Shown here: positions 59,501 through 64,000 of the stretch, piece after piece
Layout: each line of letters begins with the position of its first letter
How positions within the stretch are numbered: the first letter of the stretch is position 1
Assembly: GCA_900088475.1 (NCBI GenBank)
Contig: FLMG01000016.1
Span: 24,304 to 88,303 of the forward strand
Direction: 5' to 3'
DNA length: 64,000 bases
DNA from: Hyphochytrium catenoides
Lineage: Eukaryota; Protista; Hyphochytriomycota
Program-made: the position numbers and the translations under genes
The notes under the pieces: generated by a model
Told to the model about the DNA's origin: nothing
Databases searched by the model: none
Seen by the model: only the letters and a program-made list of their open reading frames with translations

Positions 59501-60123
59501 GGCAATAGAGTACTACCTGTCCCATAGGGTAGAGATTGTTTACAAAGATGCAGAAGGGCCGAACAGGCACTGCATCCGGCCCCTCAGGCGCTCCGAAGCT
59601 GGCTGCCGACCAAACTCTTAGCTTGCGGACGACGACTTGCCAGATCTCGTTCTTTGTCTGTGGCAAGCGTCGTAACTTCTCCTTCAGCTCCGGTGCTAGG
59701 TGGTTTACATCCTGGATCTCCACTGACGGATAGAGAAAGGGCCCATCGATAATGTCAGAAGTGGTTACATGATAGACAAACGGGATGCAAAGGGTAACGT
59801 GCAACAGGTGAAAACAATAGTAGGAGAAAAACAGGAGCAGGCAAGGTTGGCCGGTGAGGTATCTGGAGGTCAGCAGAGTGGGCTGCAAGCCCCACGTCCT
59901 CCTACTTAAGCGGCAGTTCTCTCTCCCAGCCTTCCCACTACCTGCGCCTCCTATTTGTCATTGAGGCAATCCTATCTTACCATCCACAATAGGTCACCCC
60001 TCTCCTCGCCTCCTAGCTGAGCACCCTTCTCTCTTCATATCACCAACCTCACCTTTCTCATGTCCGAGCTCATACGTGGTCGGCTTGCGCGCAATGATTT
60101 TCTCCCGCTCCTCGTCGCTATCC
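56541..60123 (-). CDS. zf-MYND-containing protein with bacterial-type DUF7309/DUF6930-like flanking region; 5' end uncertain
   Basis: Spliced peptide R|CNFTRKSMQETKEKLKRCTRCKSVFYVDQEAQ|RQDWPTHKKFC (MYND-like); LYSTAARYRQREPWKQLLERQGIEMEV and LSVLGAGGGGKGLGLF; NEIWQVVVRKLRVW. Confidence 0.7.
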
Positions 60124-60620
60124 TAAGAGAACATGTAACGGTAAATGCACAAGGCAAGCTGCTGATGTGCCTGCTATGTCTCTCTCTCCACCAAGCCTTA
60201 CCCAGAGGATTCTGATGTCTATCCTTCTCTGCACCTTACTCTCTGGTACCGCCTTTTGCGGTCTCCCTCGTAGGTGGGGAGACCTCTCACTTGCCTCTTC
60301 CCTTGTCCCTTTGTGGTACCTTCTCTTCCCCTTCTACCTGTCAGGCTCAATACTAGCTCATGGACTCAGATCCCGACCCAGTTCTCACGCCATTTCTTGT
60401 TTCCAGAGCAAGCATTCTCATGCTTAGTCCCTCAAATTTTCCTGCCAACTCACATCAAAATTATCCCACTTCTTATACTTCTGCGTCAGGGAGTTCTGCG
60501 CCATCGTCTCCCCCAGCACCTAGAAAAGAAGGACGGTCCCAAGGACTCTGTGGCGTCACCAAGAGAAAGTTGCTTGAGAAGCGCTGCTTCCTTCGGTGTG
60601 AGATCTCCCCTTTCACTCTC

Positions 60621-60679
60621 CTCTGCTGTGCTCCCTGGGCGCTTCCTTCTCTCTGCCGTGCTCCCTGGGCACTTCCTTC
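60621..60679. repeat. 30-bp tandem repeat, 2 copies
   Basis: ctctgctgtgctccctgggcgcttccttc / ctctgccgtgctccctgggcacttccttc. Confidence 0.9.
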
Positions 60680-61174
60680 GTTAGCTATCTCTGTACCGCT
60701 GCACTGCCGCTAGGAAAATGACGGAGGAACGGGAGGAGGAAGGGCGAAACGCCGCCGGGCCTAGACTGAAGATGCATCAGAAGCAGCGGCACTAAGTTCC
60801 TTCGTTGTGTGTCTTTCTCCAGGCTACTCAATGCTTCTCAATCTCATTCTGTCTGAAGTGTTTCTCCTCATGTTGCTTCTGGTACAATCTTATCTCTCGC
60901 TTTCTCTCTTTTGGTTGGTTCTTCACTCTGTCTCGGCTCCTGCTTGTCTACTTCCTTATGAACCTTTTTCTCAACTTTCAGAATCACATAACCCTGCGTC
61001 CAGCCTCAGTTATCAAAGAGTAGATTATCCTAAGAATCTGTTTCTTAGTCTTTTGAATCAGGCTGACAACCGTTTTATCGCTTTCTAGTGTCTTGCTCCT
61101 TGGTCTTCTTCCTCCTCCTCCTCCTCCTTGGCGCTGCTGCTGCTGCTGCTGCCGCTGAGACTTTCCTCATTGGT

Positions 61175-61183
61175 TCTCTCTCT

Positions 61184-61233
<50 letters not shown>

Positions 61234-61760
61234 TTCTCTCTCTCTCCCTCTATCGTTCTACTGTCACCCGCAAGCCCTCTCCCAGATTTCCTCTGTAGTG
61301 TCTCTTCTAAACCTTTTCTGCCTGATGACTCTCTCTTCTCTCTCTGTCTCTCTCTCTCGCTCGCTCTCTCTCTCTCGCTCTCGCTCTCTCTCTCTCGCTC
61401 GCTCTCGCTCTCTCTCTCGCTCTCTCTCGCTCTCTCTCGCTCTATCGTTCTACTGTCACCCGCAAGCCCTCTCCCAGATTTCCTCTGTAGTGTCTCTTCT
61501 AAACCTTCTCTGCCTGATGACTCTCTCTTCTCTCTCTGTCTCTCTCTCTCGCTCGCTCTCTCTCTCTCGCTCTCGCTCTCTCTCTCGCTCTCTCTCGCTC
61601 GCTCTCGCTCTCTCTCTCGCTCGCTCTCGCTCTCTCTCTCGCTCTCTCTCGCTCTCTCTCGCTCTCTCGCTCTCTCGCTCTCTCGCTCTCGCTCTCTCTC
61701 TCGCTCTCGCTCTTTCTCTCGCTCTCGCTCTTTCTCGCTCTCTCTCTCTCGCTCTCTCCT
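61175..61760. repeat. (CT)n/(CTCG)n microsatellite field containing a 192-bp-period direct duplication
   Basis: Unique core ctctatcgttctactgtcacccgcaagccctctcccagattt... at 61248 and again at 61440, embedded in ct/ctcg arrays. Confidence 0.93.
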
Positions 61761-62429
61761 TTTTTCCTTCTTTCCTTTCCTCTCCCTTGACCACTACCTC
61801 TTCTTCTAAGCTCTTCTTCGCCCTCCTCCCCGTCGTCTTTCTCCGTCCTTATTCTTCTCTGCCGCTTCAAAATCACTCTTTCTGATCGCCTTCTCTTTCA
61901 CTTGTCCATCCTCCTAATCTTCTTCTTCCGCTTCCAACTTCCTTCTCCTCCCACCTGGGCACGCATGACCGTCTCTTTCTCCTTTTGTGACAACCCAGTC
62001 TCCTGTCTCCTCCAAGTAGCTGCCCGGTGGCTGCCCCCTTCTCTGTCTGTCTCTCTCTATGTCTGTCTGTCTCTCCCTGTGTCTGTCTGTCTGCGTGCCT
62101 CTCTTCTCGGTGTTGTTCGGTCTCTCTCTCTCCGCTTTCTCTCTCTCTCCGCTTTTTCTCTCTCTCTCTAAGCAAGGGATCCATCCCCATCATCCTGCCT
62201 CCTGTCCTACCTCCTCCTTGCTCATTTCCTCACCGCTATTTATTTGATGCTTCTTGTTTTCCTTAGTCTCTCGTGCTTGCCTGCCGCTTTTCCCTTCTAA
62301 CCTCGCCAACAATGAACATCCAGAAGCGACCACGAAGTAGATCCCAGTCATGACTAAGAGCTTGTCAGAGAATAGCTTCGGCAGCTCGACCGTTCTCTAT
62401 TTGTCTTCTTCTTCTGAGAGCCTGACACG

Positions 62430-63230
62430 ATGACTGCTGAAGCTCAAGTGGAACCTTGTGGAGAGGGAGAGGACAAGGACGAGCCCTCTGTTCTTGCTCT
62501 TGCCGCAGGAGGAGGCGGTAGAGGAGAGGACAAGATGAGAGAAGAGGAAGAGATCTCCCGCCTCCTTCTGCGCATTGCCTCTTACATCGTTGCCCCAAAG
62601 CCAGACTGGGAGGAAAACAGGCTGGATCCTCTTCTCGCCGATGCTTCTCTGGCTGCTTCCTCTCTCCTTGCCTATGCGGAGAGCGTCTCGGGAGCGAGGA
62701 CGATTGTAGAAAGGGGAGGCGCAGCTGCCCTGTTGCCTCTCCTCGGCGGGCATGGGAGAATCTTGGAGGAGGCCGCCATGAAGGTGTTGGCGACAGTGGC
62801 GGAGATGGCTGAAGATTGCGCTGCGGCGCTGCTGAGGTATAAGCTCCTCACCAGTCCGAGGTCCTTGTTCCATGCCTTTCCTATGTTTGCCTCTCTCTCG
62901 CTGCTCATCTCTTCTCCCTCTCTCTCTCTCTCTCCCACCTCTGTCTCTTTTAGCTCTCTCTCTCTCTCTCTTCCTTATCTCTTTCTCTCTTTCTGCCTCT
63001 TAGCTCTCTGTCTCTCTTTCTGCGCTGTCTTTTTGCACTTCCTCTAAGTCGTTCTTGTTCTCTAGGGCAGGAGCTCTTTCTCGAATCCTAACTATCTTAG
63101 AGGACCAGCTGGGTCTTGAGGAGCCAAAGCCAGAGAAAGTGCAAGAGTCTAAGCTCTCTCACAAGGTGAAAGTGAAGGTGACAAAGTCGTAAACTGAAGA
63201 CAGAGAACACGCTATGGGGTCTAACTTCGT

Positions 63231-63278
<48 letters not shown>

Positions 63279-64000
63279 TTTTCTCCTCTGTCTCTCTCTT
63301 TTTCTCCTCTCTCTTTCTCCCTCCCTCTCCCCTCGCACCCATCCGTCCATCTATGGCTTCCAATGTGTTACTTGTTGCTCCCTCTCTCTCTAGCCCGGAT
63401 GGCCGGAAAGCATCCATCTGCTGTCCAGTCTCCTGCGCTGGGCAACCTCATACGACGCGATGACTGAGAGCTGCGGCAGAATCTTAAGAGTAGCTCTAAC
63501 CCTTTGTAAACCCACTTCTTCTCTCCCAGAAGGAGCTCTGGAGTTCAGAGGAAGGACAGCAACAGAAGAGGAGAGAGGTCTGTGCCTCTCGTTCTCTTCC
63601 TCTTGTCAGCGCTTCATCTCTCGTGCTCTGTTTCCTTCCTCTTGGCTCTTCGCTCGTGAACTTTGCTGATCCGTTCTGCAGCCTAGGAGAGCTGTGGGCG
63701 TTCAGCTTACCTCGCAGCTCTCTGTCTCTCTGCCACAGGCTCACTTTCTCATTCTCTCTCTGCACACTTTCTCTCTCTCTCACTTTTTCTCTCTTTCTGT
63801 CACAAACAACACTTTCTTCTTCTCTCTGTGTGTATATATAATGCCTGTTCTGGACTCACCGCCAGCTTTCTTTTCTCTCCTTGGCTGTTTCGTTTTTAGT
63901 CGTTGCTCCCGCTCTTCAAACTCTTCTTTACTTGTCCTCTTATGCCTTTCTTCGCTTGCTTGCAGATCAACTGGAGTGGCTCAATCTCTCTCTCTCTCTC
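62430..64000 (+). CDS. ARM/HEAT-repeat-like protein, 5' part, continuing beyond window; CT-rich introns
   Basis: RTIVERGGAAALLPLL..EAAMKVLATVAE..CAAALLR|AGALSRILTIL (armadillo-like). Exons at 62430-62836, 63066-63165, 63393-about 63577. Confidence 0.6.

Noticed and set aside
61088-61885. 265-aa Ser/Leu ORF and opposite-strand Arg/Glu ORFs (similar ones at 12755-13219, 32969-33402)
   Set aside because: Translation artefacts of CT/GA microsatellites.
1-64000. Alternative genetic code, CRISPR array, tRNA/rRNA genes
   Set aside because: ORF interruptions are explained by spliceosomal introns and all three stops terminate genes; no repeat-spacer array or tRNA/rRNA signature was seen.

Overview
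Gene-dense, intron-rich eukaryotic (protist) DNA with mostly short GT-AG introns, standard genetic code and (CT/GA)n microsatellites. Several proteins (VAP, plasmepsin V-like protease) read as stramenopile/oomycete-like, from memory and not from a database search. About 17 protein-coding genes: ACAD10/11-type acyl-CoA dehydrogenase (cut by the left edge), two paralogous intronless 7TM proteins flanking mannose-6-phosphate isomerase, a UvrD-like pseudo-helicase fused to an Fe-S PD-(D/E)XK nuclease, VAP, a membrane aspartic protease, a coiled-coil orphan, a CBM20-fused glucan branching enzyme, NIPBL/Scc2, TMEM41, FHA-PP2C, EDEM (GH47+PA), an RNase III-R3H fusion, RPL19, a MYND protein and an ARM-like protein (cut by the right edge). 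The three most interesting items are: (1) a spliced gene joining an intact RNase III domain, a degenerate second RNase III-like region and an R3H module; (2) an apparently mitochondrion-targeted, ATPase-degenerate AddB/AdnA-like helicase-nuclease of bacterial type; (3) a highly structured putative ncRNA in an RPL19 intron. All exon models were assembled by eye.
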